64,000 bases of DNA from the NCBI GenBank assembly GCA_976551045.1, contig CDPCPM010000022.1:6200001-6264000 (forward strand), in the 5' to 3' direction. Source of the stretch: Glaucostegus cemiculus (taxonomy: Eukaryota). Of the stretch, positions 1 to 12,125 are shown piece by piece. The position numbers were made by a program, and so were the translations under genes. Within the stretch, counting starts at the first letter, position 1; the number at the start of each line of letters is the position of its first letter. Under the pieces are notes generated by a model, which saw nothing but the letters and a program-made list of their open reading frames with translations, did no database searches and had not been told where the DNA came from.

Positions 1-59
1 TGTGACTCTTTTGCCAGCTTTCAGGATTTTAGTGAGGATGTTTCCTGCTCCCAAGTCCT

Positions 60-1210
60 GGCAGGCTTCTTCAGAAGATCAGAGGTCGAGGTATCCAGGG
101 GAGGTTGGCTGTGTGGATAAGAAATTGGCTTTCCTGTAGAAGGCAGAGGGTTGTGGTGGAGGGAGTGCCCTCGGATTGGAGGGCTGTGACTAGTGGAGTC
201 CCGCAGGGATTAGTTCTGGGGCCTCTACTCTTTGTTATATTCATAGATGATTTGGATGAAGGAGTGGAGGGATGGGTTGGTAAGTTTGTAGATGACACCA
301 AGATCGGTGGTGTGGTAGATAGTGTGGAGGACTGTAGGAGCTTACAGGGGGATATTGATAGGATGCAGAACTGGGCTGACAGGTGGCAGATGGAGTTTAA
401 TCCGGAGAAGTGTGAGGTGGTGCACTTTGGGAGGACAAACTCCAGGACAGAGTATAAGGTAAATGGTAAGGTTCTTGGCAGTGTAGAGGAGCAGAGGGAT
501 CTGGGTGTTCATATCCACAGTTCACTCAAAGTTGCCTCGCAGGTGGATAGGGCTGTTAAGAAGGCTTATGGGATGTTGGCTTTTATAAATAAAGGGAATG
601 AGTTCAAGAGCAGAGAGGTGATGATGCTGCTTTACAAAACTCTAGTTAGGCTGCACTTGGAATATTGTGTTCAGTTCTGGTCGCCACATTATAGGAAGGA
701 TGTGGAGGCGTTGGAGAGGGTGCAGAGGCGATTTACCAGGATGATGCCTGGATTGGAGGGTATGGAATATGAAGAGAGGCTCAAGGTGCTAGGGCTCTAC
801 TCATTAGCGAGGAGGAGGATGAGAGGGGACTTGATAGAGGTGTTTAAGATATTGAGAGGAATAGATAGAGTTAATAGTCAGCGCCTCTTTCCCAGAGCGC
901 AGATGCTAAAGACGAGAGGGCATGCCTTTAAGATAATTGGTGGAAAGTATAGGGGAGATGTCAGAGGGAAGTTTTTCACCCAGAGAGTGGTTGGTGCATG
1001 GAATGCACTGCCTGGGGTGGTAGTGGAGGCAGATACGTTGGACAGGTTTAAGAGATTGTTAGATAAGCACATGGAAGAATGTGGAATAGTAGGATATGAG
1101 GGTGGAAAGAGTTAGTTTGGGAGATGTTTGTAGGATGGCACAGCTTGATGGGCCGAAGGGCCTGTTCTGTGCTGTATTGTTCTATGTTCTTTCTATGTTC
1201 TATGTTCTAT
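60..1210 (+). mobile_element. 5'-truncated CR1-clade LINE (HER1-like), young copy
   Basis: Open RT frame, followed by the CR1 3' UTR motif (gatgggccgaagggcctgttctgtgctgta) and a (GTTCTAT)n tail ending ~1210. Confidence 0.95.
72..1115 (+). CDS. CR1 ORF2 C-terminal half (reverse transcriptase), 5'-truncated, no own start codon
   Basis: Motifs WIRNWL..RRQRV, SGVPQG.VLGPLLF, KFVDDTK (FADD variant), LERVQRRFT, FFTQRVV..WN.LP. The frame extends upstream of the ORF track start (QKIRGRGIQGRL). Confidence 0.9.
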   Translation, partial: QKIRGRGIQGRLAVWIRNWLSCRRQRVVVEGVPSDWRAVTSGVPQGLVLGPLLFVIFIDDLDEGVEGWVGKFVDDTKIGGVVDSVEDCRSLQGDIDRMQNWADRWQMEFNPEKCEVVHFGRTNSRTEYKVNGKVLGSVEEQRDLGVHIHSSLKVASQVDRAVKKAYGMLAFINKGNEFKSREVMMLLYKTLVRLHLEYCVQFWSPHYRKDVEALERVQRRFTRMMPGLEGMEYEERLKVLGLYSLARRRMRGDLIEVFKILRGIDRVNSQRLFPRAQMLKTRGHAFKIIGGKYRGDVRGKFFTQRVVGAWNALPGVVVEADTLDRFKRLLDKHMEECGIVGYEGGKS

Positions 1211-1808
1211 CATGTTGGTAAGAGTGGCTGAAAAGTTGATCAAATTTGGTTGCTATAGAATGGAGTCCAGCGAGTTCTCATCCAGAGAGTAGGTCTTCAA
1301 AATGTTCCTTTCAGCAAGCATTGACTGACTTCTAGTCCCTGATGGGTTTATCTGTACTTGCCTCTCAGTGGATTAGTGTCTTGGGTGTTTGGATGGTAGA
1401 TGGGTTTTGCAGAAAGATTTTTAGCTTATTTGTTAAACTCGGGAGAGTACTTGCGAGGGTATTTTGCTCATGTCATCTCCTGGAAATAATCATTTTCCTT
1501 GTATATAGAACATTTTCAACGTAATTCTGTAATTAATTGTAAACTATATCCAATATTTGGAAATAAAATATGAAATAATTATTGAATATAATTCCCCAAA
1601 TATAGCTAGTTAATTGATTTCCCTTAAAACTTTTCCTCAGTTCAAAAATAAATCTTCAAATAAAATAGCAAATGGGTTTAGCCAAATTTGATGCCCTATT
1701 TTCTTTAGGCTACTCTGTTCATTTTATTGTGTCCAGAAATGCTCTGTAGTGATAACCTATTAGAGATTGGTGACTACACATCACATTAACATGGAACATG
1801 TAGGTTGT

Positions 1809-1960
1809 CATTTAAGAAACACTTGGATAGGTACCCGGAGGGGCGGGGCTTAGAGGGACATGGTGCCAAACGCAGGAAATTGGGACCAGCTGGGCGGGTA
1901 CCATGGTCGCACTGACTTGTTGGGCTGAAGGGCCTGTATCCGTGCTGTATAGCTCTATAA
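1809..1960 (+). mobile_element. CR1 3' end fragment
   Basis: FKKHLDRY-like coding end plus the gggctgaagggcctgtatccgtgctgtat tail. Confidence 0.85.
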
Positions 1961-2459
1961 CCAAAGAACCCATGCATGTCATGGCTGTCAGTGAGTTGCT
2001 GATCCTCCAGTGCTGTCTTCATCCACTAGCTGTTCTTTAGGTCATGGATTTTCTGCTGGACGTCTGCTTTCCGGTCTTGCTTCTTTTCCCCTGAATAAAG
2101 CTCAAGCTTCCAATCCACGAATGCTTTATATTTCTGGTTAATTAGCTACTCGTTCTCATGACAATTCTCATCAACTCAGTCCTGGTTCTTCCTGTTAGAG
2201 AAGGTGAGGGTCTATTGACAGGTGCCAATCATGGCAGACTTCAGGGCAGCCCAGAAGCTGTGGGCACCCTGCTGATCCTCCAGGCAGGGTTTTGACTGGC
2301 TGTCTGTGAGGCTCTGCCTCAGAAGGGCTGCCTTTGTGGGATCCTTGAGAGCATAGACATTGATCTACCTGCTGCATTGCTTCTGATGATGTCGACTGCA
2401 ACAGGCTGACGATGCTTTTATTTGCATATGTTTGGAAGCCAAAGACGCAAGGTATTGCT

Positions 2460-2592
2460 GGAGATACAAGAGACTGCACATACTGGAACCCGTGGCCAAA
2501 AAACAAACTGCTGGAGGAACTCAGCAGGTCAGACAATATCAGTGGAGGCAGATGATGGCTGACCTTTCAGATCAAGACTGTGGGTCAGGCTG
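2460..2592 (-). mobile_element. Penelope-like element (PLE) terminal remnant with decayed hammerhead motif
   Basis: ctgctggaggaactcagcaggtcag matches the PLE end at 17090-17115. The minus strand retains gtcttgatctgaaaggtc. Confidence 0.65.
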
Positions 2593-2604
2593 CTGACACA
2601 GACA

Positions 2605-3118
2605 CTCTATGCTGAGCTCTATCTGGGAGACAGAGGCAGACAAAGAAAAAGATTCATGGATGTATACAAGACTTTGTTGAGGAAGTGTGAAAGTTCCTGC
2701 TGGGATCCTCTCGCTCATGGCCACTCAAAGTGGAGAAAGAGCATTCGGAATGATATTGAGAACCTCAAATCCAGCACCAGGAGTACACAGAAGTGCTGTA
2801 TAAGTGGCAGAAGGGAAGTGCCAGCTCATAAACTGCACAACCACCTATTCACCCTTGTCAGCCACCTCCTGCCACATCCAGAGTCATAGAGTCATACAGC
2901 ACAGAAACAGGCTCTTCGGCTGAATTGGTCCATGCTGACCAAGGTGCCCCATCCAAACTAGTCCCATTCACCAGCATTTAGCCCATAACCTTCCAAACCT
3001 TTCCAATCCATGGGTCTGTGGATAAGTCTGTGGTTTCTACATTAGCCACCGCAGATCCCACAAAGCCAGACTGGAAGCAAGTCAATCTCAATCCCAAGAG
3101 GCTACCTACGAAAAGAAG
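2605..3118 (+). mobile_element. RTE-clade LINE 3' end, degraded, interrupted by a CR1 tail
   Basis: LYAEL..RQRKRFMD.YK..L.KC...WD.LA....KWRKSI peptide, a C-terminal Cys/His remnant and a short gaag-type tail. Confidence 0.7.
2880..3012 (-). mobile_element. CR1/HE1-type 3' tail nested in the RTE copy
   Basis: gagtcatagagtcatacagcacagaaacagg is the reverse complement of the CR1 tail and its microsatellite. Confidence 0.85.
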
Positions 3119-5294
3119 GTGACCTAACTGCAGCACAAACTCCCTACTTTATTTTCAATTCCCCTGGCAATCAACAATGACATTCTGTTAGCTTTCTTAA
3201 TTGCAATCTGCATATTCACCTATTTTTTTCAATTAGTAAAGAAGTCAAAAAAAAAGCTTCAAAGATATCAATCATGTATTAATCTTGGAACCAATTGTTA
3301 GGGGCATTAATTTGTGAACCTTGATAGTGGAGGCAGGAATGTTAATTGGTAAAATTAACATCTAATGTAGGCCATAAAGTTGAAGATATTGATGAATTGT
3401 GTCATGAGTGTTAGCAAGACCAGATTTTGAGCATTGTTCTCCATCGCCCAAAATTGTCAATTGCTAGCAGGTTAGTTCCTTTCCTCCCATGCACCGCACC
3501 AACCCCCCACCCATCGCCACCACCACCACCCAGCATTACCCCACACCAGTCAATACCCCCCCTCAGTTCATCACCAACTCTTTCCCCATTGGTCACCTAT
3601 TGTTCATTAGCTTTCCCTTCCCACTACTACCACCCTCAGCTCTGGACCCTCTATCTGTTTTTTCCCCAGAATCTGAGGTAGAAGTGTAATGTATATTACA
3701 GCCTAAGGGTTGAAATGCAAGAAACCTTTCACCTTTGCAACAAAATGTTGCCATTTACAGAATCTATACTTCAGTAAATGTCAAAAGTTCACAAGATGGC
3801 TGTGTGGTGTCTGTCTCAGTGTTTGAGGTGGTGATGATGCATGGAGTCAAAAAGAGATCCTCATTTTGAAATGAAAAGTGGTCTTCATAATATTACTGGA
3901 ATTAAACAAGCTCTCTCAGACTGTAAAAAGAAATCAGTGCAGCTTTTAAAGATCAGTTGTAATTTGTTTCAAATGTTCTTACAGATAATTTTTTTTCAAA
4001 AATTTTTGGGCATTGTGTTGCATTGACTTCATCAGCGGAATTTGCTGGGTGGATGTTCTAAGCTCAGTAGTGCAGAGAGTTCAGCGAAAGGAATTTGCCA
4101 GAAAAAAATGGTATCCAACATTCTTGAGTGGTCATGTAAAAAATAGACACTCTGTCCTCCGTATTTTTTTTAAATTAACAAGTATGTTTAAACCTTAGCA
4201 GCCACCATTCCCCAAAAGCTCATTAGGTAGGGGGCTACAATGCTCACCTCAGCAGGGGTCACAATGAGGGTGTTGCAATTCAAATCAGAGTTCATGGCCA
4301 AGAAGACAAGATTCAGCAAAGCCCCTCTCCTTGATTTCTTTTCTTCAGTCATTGTTGGAAGTGTATATGGGTGAATTGTATTCATCTGTGAACTGCTCCA
4401 CAATAAAATGTTCAACCAATATTCAAGTTCGTAAGTGCTTGAAGACTTTCTGGGCAAGGTACCAAGAGACAGTGATCCAAAGATCTAAAAGCAGTCACTA
4501 CAGGTGAAATTGCCCTTCACAAGCATGGTACAAATGGGTTCATAGGCATTCAATGGCTGTTTCAAATTATGCACTTAATTATCCTCTCATTGACTAATCT
4601 GACGTCAGTTGACATGGTCTGCCATTCTGACAGAACCTGTTTTGCATTAGTAACTACACCCTAGTGGCAAAACATGTTGAGCTTCAGTTGATTGTGAAAT
4701 CAAGGAGGTTCTTCAAGTTGTCTTTATCTCATGTGTAAAGACAAAGTAAGTATTAAGCAAGGGGCTCATGAAAACAAATAAATAAATTTGGTAACTGGAT
4801 CTCTCTAAATTTTTAAAGTCATTTTAACTAATTTGAAAATCAGGTTACTCACAACTGGTGGACTAGATAAACTAATTTAAATACTTTCTTTGATAAATTG
4901 ATTTTCAGCTCGCAATTATTTCATGGAATATACTATTATGCAAAGAAAAATACATTCGACCACAATTATGCTGTTTCACGAAAATGTGGAGGGAAAAAAA
5001 TTGATCTATTAATTCATTGGAAACCCAACACAATTTTGAGCATAATTTGCATATTAATTACTCATTTCACCCACAGCAGAAATTCAGTACCAATGTACCT
5101 CCCACTGGTTAGACAAGGGGGTAAAAGTTGGTCGGTCTGACCCAACTTGAAAAGTTGAAAAACTAAATGTTGATATCTATTCAAAAACATTTTGTGTAGT
5201 TGAACACATTAATCTGAAGAATTGGGATTAACATTTCACAACTCTAAATGGCAATTGTGATGACTGGAAAAGGATCTTCTACTTCTTGATACTT

Positions 5295-5741
5295 GCCACC
5301 ATCCATGAAAAAGCACCCCATTTGATTGGTACCCTATCCACTACCCTACACATTGATTACCTTCACTCCAATGCCCATTGGCTGCAGTGCACACCATTCT
5401 CAAAATGGTGCCTGGTTCACAAAACTATTACACGTCTGGACTACTCCAATAGGACCTCTCAAATATTTGATCTCTACTATCAAGAACAGTAAGTTGTCAG
5501 GCACATGGGCACATCATCACCCACAAGCATCCCACCAAGTTGCACACCATCCCAAATCAGAAAAATATTGCCACTCTTTCATTATTAACAGATCTAAATT
5601 GCAGAACCCTATCCAACAGTGCCATCACAAAAGTACATTCACAGGAAGCTCTTCAGCAATCGAAAAGGTGGCTCACCACCATCTTCTCACAATTATCAGG
5701 CATGAGCTATAAATGCTGGTCCTGACAGTGATTCCCAAATA

Positions 5742-5742
<1 letters not shown>
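5295..5742 (+). mobile_element. Old non-LTR retrotransposon 3' end (CR1/L2 group)
   Basis: Degenerate aaggtggctcaccaccatcttctc...ataaatgctggtcc..gtgattccca terminus. A related tail (caagggcaattaggaatggac) occurs at 5871 and 7500. Confidence 0.55.
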
Positions 5743-5773
<31 letters not shown>

Positions 5774-5866
5774 AACAACAGCTACCGATAAAAACTTGCT
5801 CTTTGAGGTACTTGATTCTGGGATTTTAAAGTAGCTCAAACCATTTCCTTTCAAATGTAATACTAG

Positions 5867-7766
5867 AATTCAAGGGCAATTAGGAATGGACAAGAAATTC
5901 TATGCTCATTAGTGACTCCCTTGATTCAAATATGATCAAAACAATGAATATTATGAAAATACTCCTTCTCTCTCTCTGCCTTACCTGGCAAAATGGATGA
6001 ACACCAGACTTCTTCTGTTAATGTTCTTTGCTCCAGAAAGATGAAAATCTCAAGAAGACATGCACAATAGAGAATATCCCAATCAAAATTAGAGTATTCT
6101 GAACCACAGGGTCTGCAGAAAATGTCTTTGCAAGTTGTTCTGTTGGGTGAAGCATGTTTTCTTGGAATCTACACAAGACAATTTGAACTAATTATGCATT
6201 GAGGGCACATCAAAAATAACAAGACCATAGACATGATTTTCATGGATTGACATTTATGACTTTAAGCTCATTTGTGAATTGTGGGTAAATAAAGGCAGAG
6301 TTGTTTATGATGTAGTTTACAGGGTAATCCCATTTACTTCCTGCATGCAGCATGGTGTTTAATGTCCACATTCTCTAGGATTTCCTATGTGTGTGAGGGC
6401 AGCCACAACACGGTGTAAATGTAATTACTTCAAACTGTTTTCGGCCATGTTTTAAGGTTAGAAAAATAAATCATCTGCCCACAGGCCATGGGGGCTGGTG
6501 CCAAAGCTAGAGTCTATCACTAAGATGTATGCTAGGCCTCAGCTGGAAGCAATTAGACTCCAGCTGAGGTATTCTGCAAGGAGGGCGGTTGCCACAGAAT
6601 CACTCTCAGGAGATGGGTTACTAAAAGCCATTGAATCACTGGAAATTTACAGTCTGTTTTTCCTGCAGATAGATTTGAGAAGCCACATGCTGAATGTCAA
6701 TTGTTTAAATGTCAGCTCAAGAAACTTTTCACATTGATAAAGAAGACCTACTCTATCTTTAATGTGGCCCCTAACCATGTAACTTGCTGATCTAATCTGC
6801 AGTGACCCTGCCGACAAAGGCAAGAGTTCTACAAGGAAAGTCCGTTGTTGTTATTGAAACTAAGTGTCCGCACAATACTATGTAGATTATACAGCACAGA
6901 AAAAAGTCCATTAAGTTCAACAGATCTGTACTGGTGTTCATCCTCCAGTTGAGACTCCCCAAATTTCATCTCAGTTTTCCAGCAGTCCCTTAAATTTGAC
7001 TGCATTGGGTTCTCAACCAGTGGGTTTAGTTCTAATCCTATTATCCAGTTGCATTAAAACAGGTTTGTCTGCCTTCTATGTGAGAGGTTCTACTTTTTCT
7101 AAACCAAGAAATAAACAGATTGGAAACAAAAAGGATGTACTGGAAGAGGGAGATGAGAAAGCTAGAAACATTAATCCTAAATGGCCATAAAATTAATCAA
7201 AATATCAGTGTGGTTATTTTAGCTGTCAGTAACCATGTAAAATGGATTTATTATCCAGTGTCTTTTATTTTGACTACTGCTCATTTTATTCCATTGCCTA
7301 AAAGTTATAATATCCCCTACTAATGCACTATTCCACCCTCTGGTTGAGAATCCAGCACAGGCAATACACTTGTTTTCCATGGTGATGTTTATTTTCAACA
7401 GAGATCTATAGATTTCCTTACTGAATTGTGTTTTGGTGGACAAAATTACTGTCAGCATCTCCCATGAATAATTTGTACCTTAGCTTAAGCGACTCAATTC
7501 AAGGGCAATTAGGAATGGACAATAAATTCTATGCTCATTAGTGACTCCCTTGATTCACAAATGATCAAAACATTGAGTATTATGAAATCTCTCTCTCTCT
7601 CTCCCTCCCTCAACCCCCCCCCCCCCCCCAACCCGGAAACATGGATGCATGCCAGACTTCTTCTGTTAATGTTCCTTGCTCCAGAGGGAACTACAGTTTT
7701 CCTTATTGAATTGTGTTTTGGTGGACGAAATTACTGTCAGCATCTCCCATAATAATTTGTACCTTA
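5867..7766. repeat. Local tandem duplication with an internally deleted second copy
   Basis: 5867-6037 matches 7496-7685, and ~7399-7482 matches ~7682-7766 (direct repeats). Confidence 0.85.
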
Positions 7767-7859
7767 ATTCTATCTACTTGATTTTTTTGGCTTAACTCCA
7801 CCTCTAATTTTATCTCCAACTAAAAAAAAATCACACCTTGATCTCAGATTTAATACTTT

Positions 7860-8110
7860 GAATTAAGTTGGTACTCAGTTTTTTTTCCACTTCCATCATC
7901 CTTTGTATGTTTCCTAGATTCTCTTCCAAGTTGCCTTGTTCTGATTTTAAAATTATGTCTGTTTGTCCTAATGTCACCATAAGTACAAGCTGAACTGTAC
8001 CTGCCCTGTTAATCCTTTTCAGAATTCTAAAAAGCTCAACCAAATCAATTCTTGCCTTTCCATATTTTGAGGAATACAACCCTAATTTATGCAATCACTC
8101 CCCATAATCT
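7860..8110 (-). mobile_element. Old CR1 ORF2 3' fragment
   Basis: Minus-strand peptide LHKLGLYSSKYGKARIDLVELFRILKRINR, resembling CR1 LGLFSLE.RRLRGDLIEVFKIL. Confidence 0.7.
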
Positions 8111-8669
8111 AATCTATAGTGAGATTTGGCCTCTGCTGTGCACAATGAGCACCTGTTGAGAGCATTTGGCATTAGTGAAGGTGAAGTAGGGGCCAAAGCA
8201 GAAAATGCTGCCTGGTTATAAACAAGTCGTTTTGGAGATTGATGGGAAATGCCACTTGCAACTCAATTCTAAGTCAAATAGGATGGCAGAGTGTTTGAAA
8301 TGAACTGAAGGCAAACTGAGTACCTAGGATCGTAGATGTGGTTTTAGCCTAAAATTGCAGAGAGGGAATTCAGCTAGGGCTTAACTTATGTAGGAGACAA
8401 AAATTACAGCTGAAGAGCAAAGTAATGATTTAGTTAAAGTCAAGCAGGTAGTTTTAGAACTGGACAAATTTTTTTAGAAGATTAGTCCCCATGCCTGGAA
8501 TAGAGAAAAAAAGGTTGGGTAATGTTGTGAAACAACCACCTCTTATAAAAAGAATTCATGCAAGGGCAATTTCCACTCCTCAGAATTGCAGAGGAAAGAG
8601 TTCATCCTTAGCCATCAGAGACAGAGAAAGAAGAAGAAACAACAAAAAAGTAAAGGTTATATATCACAA

Positions 8670-9843
8670 AGCATTCATATCAAGTAAAATGAATCAATGG
8701 CACAAATAGAGTTAAATGAGTTTTGATTGAGTAGCCATTTATGAGACGTAGATAGAAACTAAATTTTTCAGGTATGTAACTTATAGAAAAGTTGGTCAAA
8801 ATGGAAAAGGAGATGGGTAGTCCTGATATTAAAAGAATGTGATAAAGCCAATAGAGGGAATGAATATTAACCCAAAGATCAGGATGTATTAACATAATGG
8901 GTGGAATTACAAAACAGTGAAGGGCAGGAGGCACCGTGGAGTCTCTGATAGGCCCCAGAGAGTAATGACAGTATTGAGCAGAGTGACAAATAGAAAATTG
9001 CAAAAGCATGTAATAAGGACAATTCAAACAGAATGGGCAAGTCAACCCAGAAAAAGTAAGGATTTAGTGGGTCCTGGTGCATGGATTGCAAATAATCATT
9101 TGAGAATTCATGTAAATTACAGAATGTGCAGGGTAATATGTGGGAAACATTGAAAGCGTTAAATGCAGTGCCAGGTTTATTTGAGTTTTTGAACCACACA
9201 TATGTGCATCATAATACACACACGATCAAAATAGGTCCAATGACATCATACATGTTTACATATGTTACAACCTACAGGGATGGCAAAGATTTAGGAGGCT
9301 AAATGATATTTTACCCTTTACTGCAATGGGATTATAATAGTTGAGTGAGAAAGTCTTGTTACAATCATATGGGGCTTTAATGAGATCCCAACAGTCATAT
9401 TGCTAACAGAATTTTTTAAAACTTATTGGGGCTTGTAAGAACAGGCGTCTCCTTTGACAAAAGGTCCTGGAGGTTAGAAGAAGAAAGAATGATCTCCTTG
9501 AAATATATAACATTCTTAAGAGATTAGACAGAGTAAATGTAGAAAGGCTGCTTACTTAGGCCATGTGTGACTTTAGATCCATGGGTCATAGTCTTAGGAT
9601 AAATGATTAGACATTTAGTACCAAAATGAGGAGAGGCTTCTTCAGTAAGGGGGTTCTCCACCCGACAGAAATGTGGAAACACAGTTCTTGTGTGTTTTCA
9701 AGACTGAGATCAGTAATTGTTGGGCACAAGAGGAATGAAAGGATGCGCTGAGACTGAGAAATTGTAGCCTATGTAAAAGTTCAGCCATGACCTTATCGAA
9801 AGGCAGAGCAGAACCATTGACCTAAATGTTCCCATTTATGTTC
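8670..9843 (+). mobile_element. Old degraded CR1 (RT to 3' UTR)
   Basis: Degenerate SGVPQG, DLGVLV..L, DL.EIYNILK.LDRV and FFS..V motifs, ending in a CR1-like tail. Confidence 0.6.
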
Positions 9844-10083
9844 TGAAGATTACTTCATTTTGCCTAAGGAATTTGGCAAAAAGGGGTTAGATGCAGTGTC
9901 AGGGGAGCCAAATTTAAGCTGGGAGGGCAGATGATTATTTTAGTCTTTCCTGTGGTTTGAGGAAATTTTGACCCATTCATTGAAATAATCTGAGACCATA
10001 AAGATTATTGTAGCATCAAGAAACTTAGTAACACTGAGAAGCAGCAAGTCATCTAGGATTAAGATGATCACCTAAGATCATCT

Positions 10084-10682
10084 AAGATGGCGGCGCACAT
10101 GGTTGCAGCGGCCTCTCCCGGGTCAGTAGTGCTTTATGTTTTTTGTTAGTCTTTTAGTGTTTTGTGCTGTTTTTTTTCTTGTGTTCTTTGTTCTTGATGT
10201 CTGCGTGCTTGATGTTCGTTCTATGGATTCGTTGTTTGTGCTGACGGCAACAACAGCTCATCGGAGCCCAGCGTGTCGAAGGCCCTGGAGCCTCGTGGTG
10301 GCCTCAGGCTGCGGGCGGGGAGGGGGCTGCCCGGGCCGGAGGTCGTCAGGCTGCGGGGCCGGGAGGTGGAGGCCGTCAGGCTGTGGGGCCGGGACTGCGG
10401 CACCAGAGGCCGTCAGCCGTCGGACTGCGGGGCCGGAGGTGGTCATCGGTTCGGACTGCGGGGCCAAAGGTTGTAGGACTGCGGGCCCAGAGGTGGTCAT
10501 CAGTGCGGGGTGAGGCTGGGGCTGGTTGATGTACCAATGTTTTGATGTTTTTGTCCTGTTGTCTTTTACTGTCTGTAATATCTTTGCACATTGGCCTATG
10601 GAGTATGATATCTCGCCTTCATGTATGCTGGGTGTGTGGGTGTGTGTACATGAAAGTGACAATAAACTGATTCTGATTCTGA
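10084..10682 (+). mobile_element. Non-autonomous composite retroelement: AAGATGGCGGCG head, T-rich segment, GC-rich VNTR, Rex1/Babar-type tail
   Basis: Ends gtgacaataaactgattctgattctga, the same terminus as the Rex LINE at 48025-49699. CpG-rich and lacks RT coding sequence. Confidence 0.75.
10300..10525 (+). repeat. GC-rich VNTR/minisatellite (variable units around GG(A)CTGCGGGGCCGGAGGTCGTCA)
   Basis: About 8 degenerate units visible directly in the sequence. Confidence 0.85.
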
Positions 10683-12125
10683 AGAGGAGACCAAGGCTAC
10701 ATCCAACAGTGGAAAGGGCAAGAAGGTGAAACATGGCTGGAGACATGAAGGGCTGTATTAGAAAAGACAGTAACGGCACAACCCAAAGTCATCTCATGCA
10801 GCTGGACAACTAAGCAGACACAAAGGAGAGGGAAGGCATTGTCAGGAGTGTTGAATTCTAGGCAATACTTCAATGTACCAGAAGAAATTGCAATACCATT
10901 ACAACCTAAATAATTTAATTAAAACTCAGAATAAAATTATTTTAAACCAAATATAACCTGGATGTAGGAAATACTAAGGCTGTAAGGCTGCCTAAAAATA
11001 CCATCAGTTACAGCATTTCAAAGTAATTCAATGTATACAAAGCAATTTAAAATAACTCTGAAAGATATATGATGCTATATAAATGCAAATCACTGTATCT
11101 TGTCACTATTACACTGTCAGAAGGTACACTATGCCACTTTAATTTAATAACTATACAGTACAATACCTCCAAACTCAACTCATTCTTGCAACAATATTTG
11201 AAACCAAAATCTGAGAATTCTTTATTTTCATTCCGAGACACTAAAACGGAGAACAAGGGTGATGGGTAAAATCATGTTAATCTTTTTTACATGAACTGGT
11301 ATTTGAATCACTGTTCTGGGCAGGGACAGAGTGTATGTTCAGGGAAATGTTCATCTGTTGTGTTTTGAAAGAAATAAAGAATGGTAAATGTCAGAAATGT
11401 GGTGACTTAAACAGTGCTGAACTGACAAAGAGAAAATTTCCATATGATATAGAGCCTTATCACAACTCTCAGAAGTGTTACAAAGTGCTTCACCTAGAAC
11501 GAAATGCAGTAATTGCTAAAGCTTTCATACACAAGGTTGGATGTGAAGCACTGCATAGGAGTAGAAAGACACACTAAAATGTGAGAACAAACTGAGATAT
11601 ATGTCAGTGTCAAATACATTACAGAGAAAGTGACTGCATGTCTGCAAAACATGATGTGAAATATTTGGGGTTATAGGTCTTTAATTTCTGTGAAGCTATG
11701 GAAATAACTACCTCTTATTATCTAACATGCAGGAACAAATGAATGTAACATTTGACAGGGATGAAACAAATTGAAAGAAAATCATGCAAAAATGGTTTTT
11801 GTTTGGTCTTTCAGTGGATGAGTATCTTTTACTCGTCAGTTTTTTACTGATCCAAAATCTTTTGTTCTGCATTTAATACTCACATTCAATTCATGGATTA
11901 ACATCCCAAAAGCAAAATACCGTAGGGGCTGGAAATCAGAAATAAAAACAAAACATGCTGGAAGTTCAATTTCTATGGAGAGAAAAACAGTTCATGCTTA
12001 AGTTAATAAACATTTACCAGTCCTGCAAAAAGTTAGAAATAAAACAATATTTAAGTTGCAAATATGTAGCATGTCTGGCATCACCTGCAAAGAAAGAAAA
12101 GGAGTTAATTGTTCTTCCTGGCAAT

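Noticed and set aside
4188-4457. 89-aa minus-strand ORF
   Set aside because: No recognisable domain or convincing splice sites; possibly very old TE debris.
5742-5765. Poly-C/poly-A run and other simple repeats (7614-7629, 19368-19384, 53485-53500)
   Set aside because: Ordinary homopolymers and microsatellites with no further structure.
5985-6112. Possible 128-nt minus-strand exon (ttttctgcag...CAG|gtaagg)
   Set aside because: Short pyrimidine tract and unrecognised peptide. Its phase (2 to 1) does not follow the phase-0 exon, and it overlaps a duplicated, diverging segment.
10136-10779. Overlapping 125-aa and 173-aa ORFs
   Set aside because: They arise from the stop-poor GC-rich VNTR and are open on both strands, with repetitive peptides.
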